Assembly: GCA_002337605.1 (NCBI GenBank)
Contig: DDGL01000016.1
Location: 293,935-357,934 of the forward strand
Origin: Flavobacteriaceae bacterium UBA1903
GTDB lineage: Bacteria; Bacteroidota; Bacteroidia; Flavobacteriales; Flavobacteriaceae
Direction of reading: 5' to 3'
DNA: 64,000 bases
The notes under the pieces are model-generated. The model saw only the letters and a program-made list of their open reading frames with translations. It did not search any database and was not told where the DNA came from. Shown piece after piece: positions 36,305-46,063 of the stretch; positions within the stretch are counted from its first letter, which is position 1, and each line of letters starts with the position of its first letter. The position numbers and the translations under genes are program-made.

Positions 36305-36380
36305 TAAAACTACAGTTGCAATTTTGCACGTGCTATGATATTTATCAGTTAAAACTGTTATTATAAATTCGGTATTTTTA
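36305..36380. promoter_or_regulatory. Crp/Fnr-type box between divergent operons
   Basis: TGATATTTATCA 36336-36347; TAGTTTTA at 35-bp offset (minus); TATTTTTA at 36373 (+37) toward the kinase. Confidence 0.7.
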
Positions 36381-36384
36381 CAGT

Positions 36385-37902
36385 ATGGAAGTTTTTAAAA
36401 AAGGGAGCAATGTATTTAGGATTCTTTCGGAAGCTGTTTCTGAAGGAATCATATTTGTAAATCATCAACAAATTATAGTAGCCACAAACAAGGCTGCAAA
36501 TATGCTGTTTGGATATGCCGAAGAAGAACTTATAGGACAACATCTGGACATTTTAATTCCTGAAAAATACCACAGCGACCATCATAAGCACGTGAAGGGT
36601 TTTATGAAGGGTAGTGACAAAAGGCAAATGGGACACGGCCGAGATTTATATGGAAAGAGAAAAGATGGTTCTCAATTTCCAGTAGAAGTAGGACTCAACC
36701 CTTTTACTATTTACGAGAATGATTATGTGATGGCACTGGTCATAGATATATCTGTTAGGAAAAAGGCAGAGCAAGAGCTAAAGCATTGGGCAGAAATTTT
36801 TAATGAATCGCTCAACGAAATTTTTATTTTTGATGCAGCTTCACTAAAATTTCTGGATGTAAACAGAGGGGCACAAAGAAATATTGGGTTCTCACTGGAC
36901 GAATTGAGGGGGTTAACACCGGTAGATATAAAACCTGATTTTGATGAAGTAACTTTCCACAATACAATTGAACCTTTACTTAATGGGGAAAAAGAAAAGT
37001 TGAAATTTAATACTACCCATCAACGTAAAGATGGAAGCACTTATCCTGTAGAGGTGCATTTACAGAAAACTGTGAGAGACAATAAAGACACATTGGTAGC
37101 CATAATATTGGATATTACCGAGCGTGTCGAATACACAGATAAGCTGGAGAAAGAAGTTGTAGAACGCACACGACAGTTGCAAGATGCCCTTGCTAAAGAA
37201 AAAGAACTGGGCGAACTGAAAACTAAATTCCTATCGCTGGTTTCCCACGAATTTAAAACACCTTTGAGTGGAATTTTGACTTCTGCCACCTTAGCTGGAA
37301 AATATACAAAGACAGACCAACAGGAAAAGCGGGACAAGCATCTTAAAACTATTACCAGTAAAGTAAAATATCTCAATAATATTATCAATGATTTTCTTTC
37401 TATTGAACGGCTGGAAAGTGGAAATGTAAACTACAAATTTTCCACTTTCCCCTTGAGTAAAGTGGTAAACGAAGTTATTTATGATGCCAATATGTTACTT
37501 AAAGAAGGACAATCCATAGCGTATCCTGAGGGCATAGATAATATTGTAGTAGATTTTGATGAAAAAATATTAGAGCTGGTCTTGACCAACTTAATTAATA
37601 ACGCAATAAAATATTCTTCAGAGCACACCACGATAAAGATAGTTGCCGAGATTATTGATGATAAACTAAAAGTTATGATTTCTGATGAAGGAATTGGAAT
37701 TCCTAAAGAAGAACAAAAATATATTTTTAACCGATACTTTAGGGCAGAAAACGCCCTTTTGGACCAAGGAACAGGAATTGGACTTAACATAGTAAAGACC
37801 CACTTGGAGAAGTTAGGAGGCACTATTACCTTTAGAAGTATTGAAAATGAGGGATCCACCTTTGCCATTACCGTCCCATTAAATATCGAAAATAAATTAT
37901 GA
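36385..37902 (+). CDS. Cytoplasmic two-PAS sensor histidine kinase (FixL-like first PAS)
   Basis: PAS1 'LFGY..EELIGQ..ILIP.KY..DHHKH....RQMGHGRDLYGKRKDGSQFPVE'; H-box 'SHEFKTPL'; N/G boxes; no TM. Confidence 0.88.
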   Translation: MEVFKKGSNVFRILSEAVSEGIIFVNHQQIIVATNKAANMLFGYAEEELIGQHLDILIPEKYHSDHHKHVKGFMKGSDKRQMGHGRDLYGKRKDGSQFPVEVGLNPFTIYENDYVMALVIDISVRKKAEQELKHWAEIFNESLNEIFIFDAASLKFLDVNRGAQRNIGFSLDELRGLTPVDIKPDFDEVTFHNTIEPLLNGEKEKLKFNTTHQRKDGSTYPVEVHLQKTVRDNKDTLVAIILDITERVEYTDKLEKEVVERTRQLQDALAKEKELGELKTKFLSLVSHEFKTPLSGILTSATLAGKYTKTDQQEKRDKHLKTITSKVKYLNNIINDFLSIERLESGNVNYKFSTFPLSKVVNEVIYDANMLLKEGQSIAYPEGIDNIVVDFDEKILELVLTNLINNAIKYSSEHTTIKIVAEIIDDKLKVMISDEGIGIPKEEQKYIFNRYFRAENALLDQGTGIGLNIVKTHLEKLGGTITFRSIENEGSTFAITVPLNIENKL

Positions 37903-38945
37903 GAACCATCCTATTAATAGAAGACGATACCGCCTTACGTGAGAATACTGCAGAACTTTTAGAACTTGCCGATTATGATGTGTTAACTGCTCCAAATGGT
38001 AGGATTGGCATTGATATGGCCAAAGATAATATCCCGAACATCATTGTGTGCGATATTATGATGCCAGAAATAGATGGTTATGGAGTTTTGGAAGCCTTGT
38101 CTATAGACGAGAAGACTACACATATACCTTTTATCTTCTTATCTGCTAAGACGGAACACAAAGAGATACGAAAGGGGATGGATCTTGGGGCCGATGATTA
38201 CCTTACGAAACCTTTTGAAGAAGAAGAGCTGATGAGTGCCATTGAAAGTAGATTAGCTAAAGCAGAAATTTTAGCAAAATCAATACCTCCGGTTTCTAAA
38301 ACAAAAGAGGATGAAGGTGGACTCAGAGACTTAAATGAACTCAAAAACTTCTTTGATGACAATGGTGTAGTTTCAACTTATACACCTGGCGAAAAAATTT
38401 ATGATGAATGGTCACACTCAAATACGGTGTATCTTATTTTAAAAGGAACTGTAAAATGTTTTAAGCTGGATGATGGAAAAGAACTCATTACCGCACTTTA
38501 CAAAGCAGATGATTTTTTAGGATTTACCTCTTTTGAAAAAAGCATGTTACATCAAGAATCTGCTGTAGCTATAGACAATGTAGAATTGGCTGGAATTTCT
38601 AAAAATGAATTAAAAGAAATTCTAACTAAGAATAAAGAAGTTTCTCTTGCCTTAGTAAATGTTTTGAGCGATACTGTTTCTGAGATTAAAGAACAGCTTT
38701 TACAAATGGCGTACAGCTCGGTACGTAAAAAAACGGCCCAAACTATTTTACAATTTTCACAAATCCTCAATAAAAAACCAGACGAGGCCATTAAGATTTC
38801 ACGAGCAGATCTGGCAAGTGTTGCGGGAATAGCCACAGAAAGTTTGATACGTACCTTATCTGAATTCAAAAAGAAAAATCTCATTGAGATAGAAGGGCGC
38901 AATATTACGATCCGAAACTTGGAAGCGCTGGAGATGATGGTGTAA
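37899..38945 (+). CDS. Response regulator: REC + cNMP-binding-like + Crp-type HTH
   Basis: 'LIEDD', 'CDIMMP', 'LSAK', 'TKPF'; C-terminal 'ISRADLASVAGIATESLIRTLSEFK'. Confidence 0.9.
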   Translation: MRTILLIEDDTALRENTAELLELADYDVLTAPNGRIGIDMAKDNIPNIIVCDIMMPEIDGYGVLEALSIDEKTTHIPFIFLSAKTEHKEIRKGMDLGADDYLTKPFEEEELMSAIESRLAKAEILAKSIPPVSKTKEDEGGLRDLNELKNFFDDNGVVSTYTPGEKIYDEWSHSNTVYLILKGTVKCFKLDDGKELITALYKADDFLGFTSFEKSMLHQESAVAIDNVELAGISKNELKEILTKNKEVSLALVNVLSDTVSEIKEQLLQMAYSSVRKKTAQTILQFSQILNKKPDEAIKISRADLASVAGIATESLIRTLSEFKKKNLIEIEGRNITIRNLEALEMMV

Positions 38946-38959
38946 TTATTTTCAAATAC

Positions 38960-39002
38960 TGACAATTGTCATTCTTTACTGGATAGCTCCCCAATACATT
39001 TG
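38960..39002 (+). promoter_or_regulatory. Crp/Fnr-type box + -7 element for USP
   Basis: Perfect palindrome TGACAATTGTCA 38960-38971; TACATTTG at 38995 (+35). Confidence 0.85.
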
Positions 39003-39019
39003 TGCTATAAGTAACAGTA

Positions 39020-39856
39020 ATGCAACATATTTTAATTCCTACAGATTATTCCCTAAACGCTTGGAATGCTCTCGAGTATGCGTTTCAGTTTTTTAGTAAA
39101 CAACGGGTAACATTTCATTTAATTCACGTTGAGACTTCCCACGCTATACTCCAAGATGAAAATCTACATACATCGGGCTTCCTTTCCTTGAATGAAATAG
39201 ATAGCGAATTGCAAGATGAAATGGCTACGTTGCTGGAGCAAGCAAGTAGTAAAAAAGGGAGCAAAAATCATAGAATTGTCGCTTCTGTGGTTAAAGGGCG
39301 CTTTATCGAGCGCATCCGTGAATATGTAATAACCAATACCATAGATTTAATAATAATGGGCACCAAGGGAGCTTCTGGTATAAAAGAAATGACCGTAGGA
39401 AGTAGCGCAGGAGCAGTTATTACCAAGGTTAAATGTCCAGTTTTGGTCATTCCGGAAGAAGCTACTTATACGCCTCCAATAAATATTGGGTTCCCTACAG
39501 ATTTTAACATTCCCTACACCAATAAGGTGCTACGTATTTTGCTAAGTATGGCAAAAACCCATAAATCAATGGTCAAAGCGCTTAGGGTTGCACAAAATCA
39601 ACAACCCTTAAACGCTTTTCAAAATACCAATAGGGTGTATTTAAAGGATCAACTTGCTGAAATAGATCATAGCTTTCACGTAGTAGAAGATACTAATCTG
39701 GAAGATGCACTACAGTCTTTTATTAGTTCTTTCAAAATCGATATGGTGGTAATGATAGCAAAAAGCCTCAATCTTTTCCAACGTATTTTATTTAATCCCC
39801 GTGTCAAAAAGATAAGCTATCACACCCGGATACCTTTCTTAGTTTTACACGAATAA
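39020..39856 (+). CDS. Universal stress protein
   Basis: 'ILIPTDYS', 'IMGTKGASG'. Confidence 0.9.
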   Translation: MQHILIPTDYSLNAWNALEYAFQFFSKQRVTFHLIHVETSHAILQDENLHTSGFLSLNEIDSELQDEMATLLEQASSKKGSKNHRIVASVVKGRFIERIREYVITNTIDLIIMGTKGASGIKEMTVGSSAGAVITKVKCPVLVIPEEATYTPPINIGFPTDFNIPYTNKVLRILLSMAKTHKSMVKALRVAQNQQPLNAFQNTNRVYLKDQLAEIDHSFHVVEDTNLEDALQSFISSFKIDMVVMIAKSLNLFQRILFNPRVKKISYHTRIPFLVLHE

Positions 39857-39900
39857 CTCCCAACAATTTATTGAATAATTGATATGATTGGCTATACGGC

Positions 39901-39943
39901 TGATAAATATCATTTTATAAGGGTGTTTCTCATAGTAGATTTG
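39901..39943 (+). promoter_or_regulatory. Crp/Fnr-type box + -7 element for the USP trio
   Basis: TGATAAATATCA 39901-39912; TAGATTTG at 39936 (+35). Confidence 0.85.
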
Positions 39944-39965
39944 GCATAGAAACAAAGCCAATCTT

Positions 39966-40811
39966 ATGAGAACCATCATCATTCCTACCGATTTTTCTGA
40001 AACAGCCGAAAATGCCATCCGCTATGCGGTGGAGCTTTTTAAGTATGAAAAGAGTGAGTTCATTATAATGAATGCATTTGCAGATGAGGTTTATAAAAAT
40101 ACGGTTGAAATGGATCGTGATTTTTTTGAAGAGTACAAACAGAAGAGTGAGGAAGCTACCGAAAGAGCATTGCAAAAAGTGATTGCCAAAATATTGGAAA
40201 TCTCGCCAAATCCAAAACATACCTATTACTACGAAGCGAGTTTTGGCAGCTTGGTAGATGAGGTTAACGATTTGGCGAACAAGCACAACGCAGATATTAT
40301 TGTAATGGGTACCCAAGGAAAATCCAATAAGGACGATGTTACTTTTGGTAGCCAGACACTTCAGGTAATTAAATATGTTAGTTGTCCGGTTTTAGCGGTT
40401 CCTGTTGGTTTTCACGGGTATCCCCCAGAAAATATACTATTCCCTACAGATTATATGCTTCCATTCAAGCAAAGGGAGCTAAAGCTTATCAATACTATGG
40501 CAAAACGATTTGTAACGATGGTTCATTTTCTTCATATATCCAATGCAAAGGAGCTAACACACAGGCAAAATGACAACAAAGTATTTGCTTCCTGCTGTTT
40601 CGACGATGTTAAGACTTCTTACATAAAAGCACCTGGCGAAGACATTACAGCTGTCGTAAACAAGACTTTGAAAGAAACCGCTATAGATATGCTTGTTATG
40701 GTAAACCATAGGCATTCTTATTTGGAGAACATTCTGTATCGCTCCACCATCGAAAAAATAGGTTTGGAAATAGAAATACCTTTTTTGGTCCTTCAAAATC
40801 TACCACGATGA
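39966..40811 (+). CDS. Universal stress protein
   Basis: 'IIIPTDFS', 'VMGTQG', 'FGSQT'. Confidence 0.9.
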   Translation: MRTIIIPTDFSETAENAIRYAVELFKYEKSEFIIMNAFADEVYKNTVEMDRDFFEEYKQKSEEATERALQKVIAKILEISPNPKHTYYYEASFGSLVDEVNDLANKHNADIIVMGTQGKSNKDDVTFGSQTLQVIKYVSCPVLAVPVGFHGYPPENILFPTDYMLPFKQRELKLINTMAKRFVTMVHFLHISNAKELTHRQNDNKVFASCCFDDVKTSYIKAPGEDITAVVNKTLKETAIDMLVMVNHRHSYLENILYRSTIEKIGLEIEIPFLVLQNLPR

Positions 40812-40840
40812 CCAAACGCATAACTTAAAATTTGACCACT

Positions 40841-41689
40841 ATGAAACGAATATTATTACCCACAGATTTTTCAGAAAATGCATACAACGCTATAGCGTAT
40901 GCGCTTCAGTTATATAAAAATGAAATTTGCGAATTCTATTTGCTACATACCTATACCCCAGCCTTTGTAAGTGCAGGTAGTATGATAGATAGCTATTCTG
41001 CATTAACGCTTCAAAAAGTGGCCCAAGAGAATGCCGAGAATAGATTAAATGCTCTGAAAGAAAAACTCGATGATAATTTCAAGAACTCCAAGCACAACTT
41101 TACAACCGTAGCGAGCTTTAATATGCTCATTTCTGAAATGAAGCGAATAACCGAAGAAAATGCTATTGACCTTCTGATAATGGGTACGCAAGGTGCTACT
41201 GGTGCCAAAGAGATATTTCTTGGCACGCATACAATGTATGCCATTAAAAATATGAAAATACCTGTGTTGGCAGTTCCAGCTAATTTTAGTTACGAAGAAC
41301 CTAAAGAAATACTTTTTCCTACAGATTTTAAAGTGCAGAAAGATAATCGTTATCTGGATTTAATTAAAGAAATATGCGAAACACACATATCAAGATTACA
41401 TATTCTTAACGCCTATTACGGTACTCCGCTAAGTGACGAACAAAAAGGAACGAAGGAGTTTTTGGACATTTTTTTTGGCGCAAATGCACATCTATTTCAT
41501 ATTGCTGAAGGAACCGACGTGTTGGGAGCAGTTGAGAAATTTCAGATAAAGAATAAAATCAATTTTATGGTTATGGTTCATAATAAACATAGCTTTTTAG
41601 AGAATATCCTTTTTAAGCCAGTGATCAATCAAGTTGTGTACCATACCAACGTTCCATTTTTGGTAATCCCTTCCATAGAAAGGCAATAA
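40841..41689 (+). CDS. Universal stress protein
   Basis: 'ILLPTDFS', 'IMGTQGATG'; start taken at the ATG of MKRILL. Confidence 0.9.
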   Translation: MKRILLPTDFSENAYNAIAYALQLYKNEICEFYLLHTYTPAFVSAGSMIDSYSALTLQKVAQENAENRLNALKEKLDDNFKNSKHNFTTVASFNMLISEMKRITEENAIDLLIMGTQGATGAKEIFLGTHTMYAIKNMKIPVLAVPANFSYEEPKEILFPTDFKVQKDNRYLDLIKEICETHISRLHILNAYYGTPLSDEQKGTKEFLDIFFGANAHLFHIAEGTDVLGAVEKFQIKNKINFMVMVHNKHSFLENILFKPVINQVVYHTNVPFLVIPSIERQ

Positions 41690-41700
41690 AATCAAACAAA

Positions 41701-42549
41701 ATGAAGACAATACTTGTACCCACAGATTTTTCTAAAAATGCATATTGTGCATTGCACTATGCAACACAACTCTTTTCAAATGAAACGTGTAAATTTATTA
41801 TTCTACACTCTTTTGAAAATCAAGTCAGTAATCTTACCAGCAGGGTTGATATTGGTAAAACAGAAGCCGTTGTTGATGAACTTTATAACACCTATGAAAA
41901 CAAATGTGATGCAGTGATGCACACCATCGTAAGGGATAATCCAAACGATGAACATACGTATAAAACCATTGCAACTTCAATAAGTTTAGCCAGAGCCATC
42001 AATAGATTGGTGGTCAAGGAAAATGTAAACTTCGTGGTAATGGGCAGCAAGGGGGCTACGGGAGCCGCGTCGGTTTTTATGGGTAGCAACACCCTACGGA
42101 TGATTAAAAAAATTAAAAATGCACCCTTATTAATTGTCCCTCAGAAATTAGATTTCACGCCCATAAAAAAGATAGTATTTACTACCGGATTTAAGCGAGC
42201 CTATACCGCTGAAGAGTTACAACCTTTAATAACTATTGGAGAAGGTCAGAATGCAATTGTAAAAGTTGCGTATATTCACGAAAAGGAAAAAATGACAGAA
42301 AGTCAACGGGAGCACCTACACCAACTATTTGATATACTAAACCCCTTGAAACCAGAATTACATTGGTTACACGAAACTACAGATAAGTATGATGCTGTAA
42401 CTTCATACATCAATAAAGAAAATGTAGAGATGCTGGCAATGGTCTATTACAAGCATAACTTTTTTGTCTCTCTTTTTCGTGAGGCTGTGGTAAAAAATAT
42501 AGCCGAACATAGCGCAGTACCATTTTTGATTCTTCCATCCAAGAGCTGA
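41701..42549 (+). CDS. Universal stress protein
   Basis: 'ILVPTDFS', 'VMGSKGATG', 'MGSNT'. Confidence 0.9.
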   Translation: MKTILVPTDFSKNAYCALHYATQLFSNETCKFIILHSFENQVSNLTSRVDIGKTEAVVDELYNTYENKCDAVMHTIVRDNPNDEHTYKTIATSISLARAINRLVVKENVNFVVMGSKGATGAASVFMGSNTLRMIKKIKNAPLLIVPQKLDFTPIKKIVFTTGFKRAYTAEELQPLITIGEGQNAIVKVAYIHEKEKMTESQREHLHQLFDILNPLKPELHWLHETTDKYDAVTSYINKENVEMLAMVYYKHNFFVSLFREAVVKNIAEHSAVPFLILPSKS

Positions 42550-42589
42550 TATATATCATAGTTGTTGCCATCGTACCGTGTTATTTTTA
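42547..42589 (+). promoter_or_regulatory. Crp/Fnr-type box + -7 element for USP/ATP-cone/MBL operon
   Basis: Perfect palindrome TGATATATATCA 42547-42558 (overlaps the upstream TGA stop); TATTTTTA at 42582 (+35). Confidence 0.8.
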
Positions 42590-42615
42590 GCCTATAAACT
42601 CTAAAAATCACTACG

Positions 42616-43467
42616 ATGAAAAAGAAGATATTATTACCCACAGATTTCTCGAAGAATGCTTGGAATGCACTTCGTTATGCAAGTGAGTTGTACAAAAACG
42701 AAGAAGTAGATTTTTATCTACTCAATGCGTTTACGACAAACAATTTCGCTCTGGACAATATGATGGTGCCAGAACCTGGCGAGCAATGGTATGAGCAAGC
42801 AAAAACACGCTCAGAAACTTCAATCAAAAAATTGCTGAAGGATATTGAAGCACTGGAAGTTCCGTCAAACCATACCTACTTTACAAAGTCTGTCTTCAAT
42901 ACACCTCTCGAAGCGGTAAAGGCTTTTGTAGAAGACAAAGACATTGATATCGTCATTGCATCTACCAAGGGAGAAACAGATGATGTAGATACCATAATGG
43001 GAAGCAACAGTATCGATTTTATGGAAAAAGTGCGTAACTGCCCTGTATTTATGATTCCTGCAAATGTTTCTTTTAAAGAGCCCAATGAAATTGTATTTCC
43101 TACAAGTTTCAAGACACACTATAAGCGTAGAGAACTGAACTATTTACGTGAAATCGCTAAAATTACTAATGCACCCATTAGGATTTTACACGTTTCGAAA
43201 GAAGATAAACTTTCTGATGAACAGAAAGAGAAAAGGGCATTACTCGAAGAGTGTTTTGAGGGATTGAAATATACCTTTCATACACTTGAAAATACCAGTG
43301 TGCAAACAGGACTTAATGTATTTGTGCAAAGCCGTAATAGTGAAATGATTGCCTTTGTAAATAAAAAGCACAACTTTTTCGGCTCTGTTTTTTCAAGGCC
43401 AATGGTTAAGGATTTAGGGTTTAACGCCAAGGTGCCGGTATTAGCATTGCACGATCTACGTAATTGA
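42616..43467 (+). CDS. Universal stress protein
   Basis: 'ILLPTDFS', 'STKGET', 'MGSNS'. Confidence 0.9.
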   Translation: MKKKILLPTDFSKNAWNALRYASELYKNEEVDFYLLNAFTTNNFALDNMMVPEPGEQWYEQAKTRSETSIKKLLKDIEALEVPSNHTYFTKSVFNTPLEAVKAFVEDKDIDIVIASTKGETDDVDTIMGSNSIDFMEKVRNCPVFMIPANVSFKEPNEIVFPTSFKTHYKRRELNYLREIAKITNAPIRILHVSKEDKLSDEQKEKRALLEECFEGLKYTFHTLENTSVQTGLNVFVQSRNSEMIAFVNKKHNFFGSVFSRPMVKDLGFNAKVPVLALHDLRN

Positions 43468-43470
43468 TTT

Positions 43471-44307
43471 ATGAAAAAGGAAAACTTTAAAATTATAAAG
43501 TCGTCTGGTGACAAAGTAGATTTCTCTATTTCAAAATTAAGAAACAGTCTATACCGAAGTGGAGCCGATGAAGCTACCGTTGACAATATCATCAACGTGG
43601 TTCGTGATGAATTGTACCAAGGTATTTCTACCAAGGAAATCTACAATAGGGCATTTGCGATGTTGAAAAAAAGCAAATCCATCTATGCTTCCAAGTACAA
43701 GTTGAAAAAGGCCATATACGAATTGGGCCCTACAGGATTTCCGTTTGAGAATTTCATAGGTGCGTTGTTGGAATATTCGGGATATCAAGTAGAAGTGGGT
43801 AAGATTATGCAGGGCAAATGCGTATCTCACGAAGTGGATGTTATAGCTTCAAAAAATGGACAGCATATTGTAGCCGAGTGTAAATTTCACAGTGAGAAAA
43901 CAACCACCTGTAATGTAAAAATTCCTCTGTATATCAATTCGCGATATCGAGATATTGTCGAGCAATATAAAAACACTTCCAAATGCCCTAACGAGGGCTG
44001 GGTAGTTACCAATACCCGTTTTACAGCAGATGCACTTACTTATGGAAAATGTGTAGGCCTTCATTTACTAAGTTGGGATTATCCCAAAGAAAATGGGCTA
44101 AAAGACCGTATTGATAGGTTGGGTTTATACCCAATCACAGTTTCAACGTTGCTGACAAACAGGGAAAAGCAATTTTTATTAAGTAGGGATATTGTTTTGT
44201 GCCGACAATTAGCAAATGACGTCTTTTATCTGGACCACTTGGGAATTTCTGAAAACCGAAAATCCAAGATTCTTTCTGAAATTTCAATGTTGTGTAACTT
44301 TAAGTAA
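43471..44307 (+). CDS. ATP-cone + Mrr-like restriction endonuclease domain protein
   Basis: N-terminal 'IIKSSGDKVDFSISKLRNSL' ATP-cone; 'FENFIGALL', 'HEVDVIA', 'VAECKFH', 'VVTNTRFT.DA'. Confidence 0.8.
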   Translation: MKKENFKIIKSSGDKVDFSISKLRNSLYRSGADEATVDNIINVVRDELYQGISTKEIYNRAFAMLKKSKSIYASKYKLKKAIYELGPTGFPFENFIGALLEYSGYQVEVGKIMQGKCVSHEVDVIASKNGQHIVAECKFHSEKTTTCNVKIPLYINSRYRDIVEQYKNTSKCPNEGWVVTNTRFTADALTYGKCVGLHLLSWDYPKENGLKDRIDRLGLYPITVSTLLTNREKQFLLSRDIVLCRQLANDVFYLDHLGISENRKSKILSEISMLCNFK

Positions 44308-44308
44308 A

Positions 44309-45679
44309 ATGAATACATTAAAAATTCATTTTTTAGGTGCTTCAGGAACTGTGACAGGATCCAAATTTTTATTGGAAACACCCGAACGGAATATCCTGAT
44401 TGATTGTGGAATGTTTCAGGGGCTAAAAGAGCTTCGCGAACAAAACTGGAAGGAATTGCCCTTTGACGTTTCAAGGATAGATACCGTTTTGTTAACCCAC
44501 GGCCACTTAGATCATACAGGCTATTTGCCCAGATTGGTCAAACAAGGATTTACGGGTAAAATCTTTGGTACTGCACCTACATTGGAAATCACTAAAATCA
44601 TATTACTGGACAGCGCAAAAATAAACGAAGAAGATGCAGAACGTGCTAATGAGGAAAGTTACTCTAAACACCAACCGGCATTACCTTTTTATACGGTGGA
44701 AGATGCAGAACGCACCATCAAAATGTTTGTACCAGCAGAAAAAGATGCTTGGCATTCGTTTTCGGAAAATTGCAGATATCGATTTAAGTATAATGGTCAT
44801 ATCATTGGTGCTACTTTTATTGAATTAGAATTGTACGGAAAAACGTTTGTTTTTTCTGGCGATGTTGGTCGAAAGGAAGACCTTTTATTGTTCCCTCCAG
44901 AGAAACCCCAAGGGGCAGATTATCTCTTCTTAGAAAGTACCTACGGCGGAAAATTACATCCAGCCGAAGGTGTTTCCGACAAATTGATTGCACTCATCAA
45001 CAAAACGGTACACAATCGTGGAACATTGATTATCCCTTCTTTTGCCGTAGAACGCTTACAAACCTTGATGTTCTTACTTTGGGAATTATATAATGAAAGA
45101 CGTATTCCAAATATTCCCATCTTTATAGATAGTCCAATGGGAAACAACGTTCTGGGTGTTTTTGAACGTTTTGCAAGTTGGCATAAAATCCCGCAAGCAG
45201 AATTCAGCGCAATGAAACACCGTATGAATAGTATTAAATCCTATAAGGAAACCTGGGAAACCATAGACGACCCACGACCAAAAATAGTGATTGCTGGTAG
45301 TGGTATGGTCACAGGAGGTCGTGTGCTAACCTATATGAAACAATTAATTGATGAGCCAACTACCACCATTTTAATGGTAGGCTATCAAGCTGAAGGCACC
45401 CGTGGGAGACAATTATTGGAGGGTGCACACGAATTAAGATTCTTCGGAAAGTATTATCCAGTAAAAGCTACTGTTGAGCACATTGAAAGTCTTTCTGCAC
45501 ACGCAGACCAAAACGGGATATTAGATTGGTTGAGCGAAATTAAAAACGTTCCCGAAAACACCTTTTTAATTCACGGCGAGCTCACTGCTTTGGATGCGCT
45601 TCGAGTGAAGATCCAGGATGTGTATGGTTGGAGGGTCACCCTCCCAAAGTTGTATAGTACAGTAGAAGTTTCGATTTAA
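44309..45679 (+). CDS. MBL-fold beta-CASP ribonuclease-like protein
   Basis: 'LTHGHLDHTG', 'FSGDVGR', 'ESTYG', 'SAHAD'; start taken at MNTLK. Confidence 0.88.
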   Translation: MNTLKIHFLGASGTVTGSKFLLETPERNILIDCGMFQGLKELREQNWKELPFDVSRIDTVLLTHGHLDHTGYLPRLVKQGFTGKIFGTAPTLEITKIILLDSAKINEEDAERANEESYSKHQPALPFYTVEDAERTIKMFVPAEKDAWHSFSENCRYRFKYNGHIIGATFIELELYGKTFVFSGDVGRKEDLLLFPPEKPQGADYLFLESTYGGKLHPAEGVSDKLIALINKTVHNRGTLIIPSFAVERLQTLMFLLWELYNERRIPNIPIFIDSPMGNNVLGVFERFASWHKIPQAEFSAMKHRMNSIKSYKETWETIDDPRPKIVIAGSGMVTGGRVLTYMKQLIDEPTTTILMVGYQAEGTRGRQLLEGAHELRFFGKYYPVKATVEHIESLSAHADQNGILDWLSEIKNVPENTFLIHGELTALDALRVKIQDVYGWRVTLPKLYSTVEVSI

Positions 45680-45699
45680 AATTTTCTTCTGTTTTCTCC

Positions 45700-46060
45700 G
45701 TACCGCCATTTTGGTTTGTACTTTTTTTGACCAACCCAAATTTTTTAATAGCGTGTACTTTTATGTGTTCGACTACCCCTTCGGCAGCATCTGTCACAAA
45801 AAACAGTTTCATATCTTCTGGACTTATGCTTTCATTTTCGGCCATCAGCCTGATATGTTCACATAATTCCTTATGATATTCAGAATCAAAAATAACAACC
45901 GGAAAATTTTATATTGTTTTGGTTTGTATCAAGGTAATCGCTTCAAAAGTCCATCCAAAGTACCCATACCACCGGGTGTTACTACAAAAGCGTACGAATA
46001 CTTTATCAATAAAAATTTCCGCACAAAAAAACAGGGAATATTCCATTTTTAATCACGGTA
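45700..46060 (-). pseudogene. LOG-family (TIGR00730-like) C-terminal remnant
   Basis: FFVRKFLLIKYSYAFVVTPGGMGTLDG / frameshift / FEAITLIQTKTI*NFPVVIFDSEYH...; no N-terminal half; ends approximate. Confidence 0.75.
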
Positions 46061-46063
46061 ACA

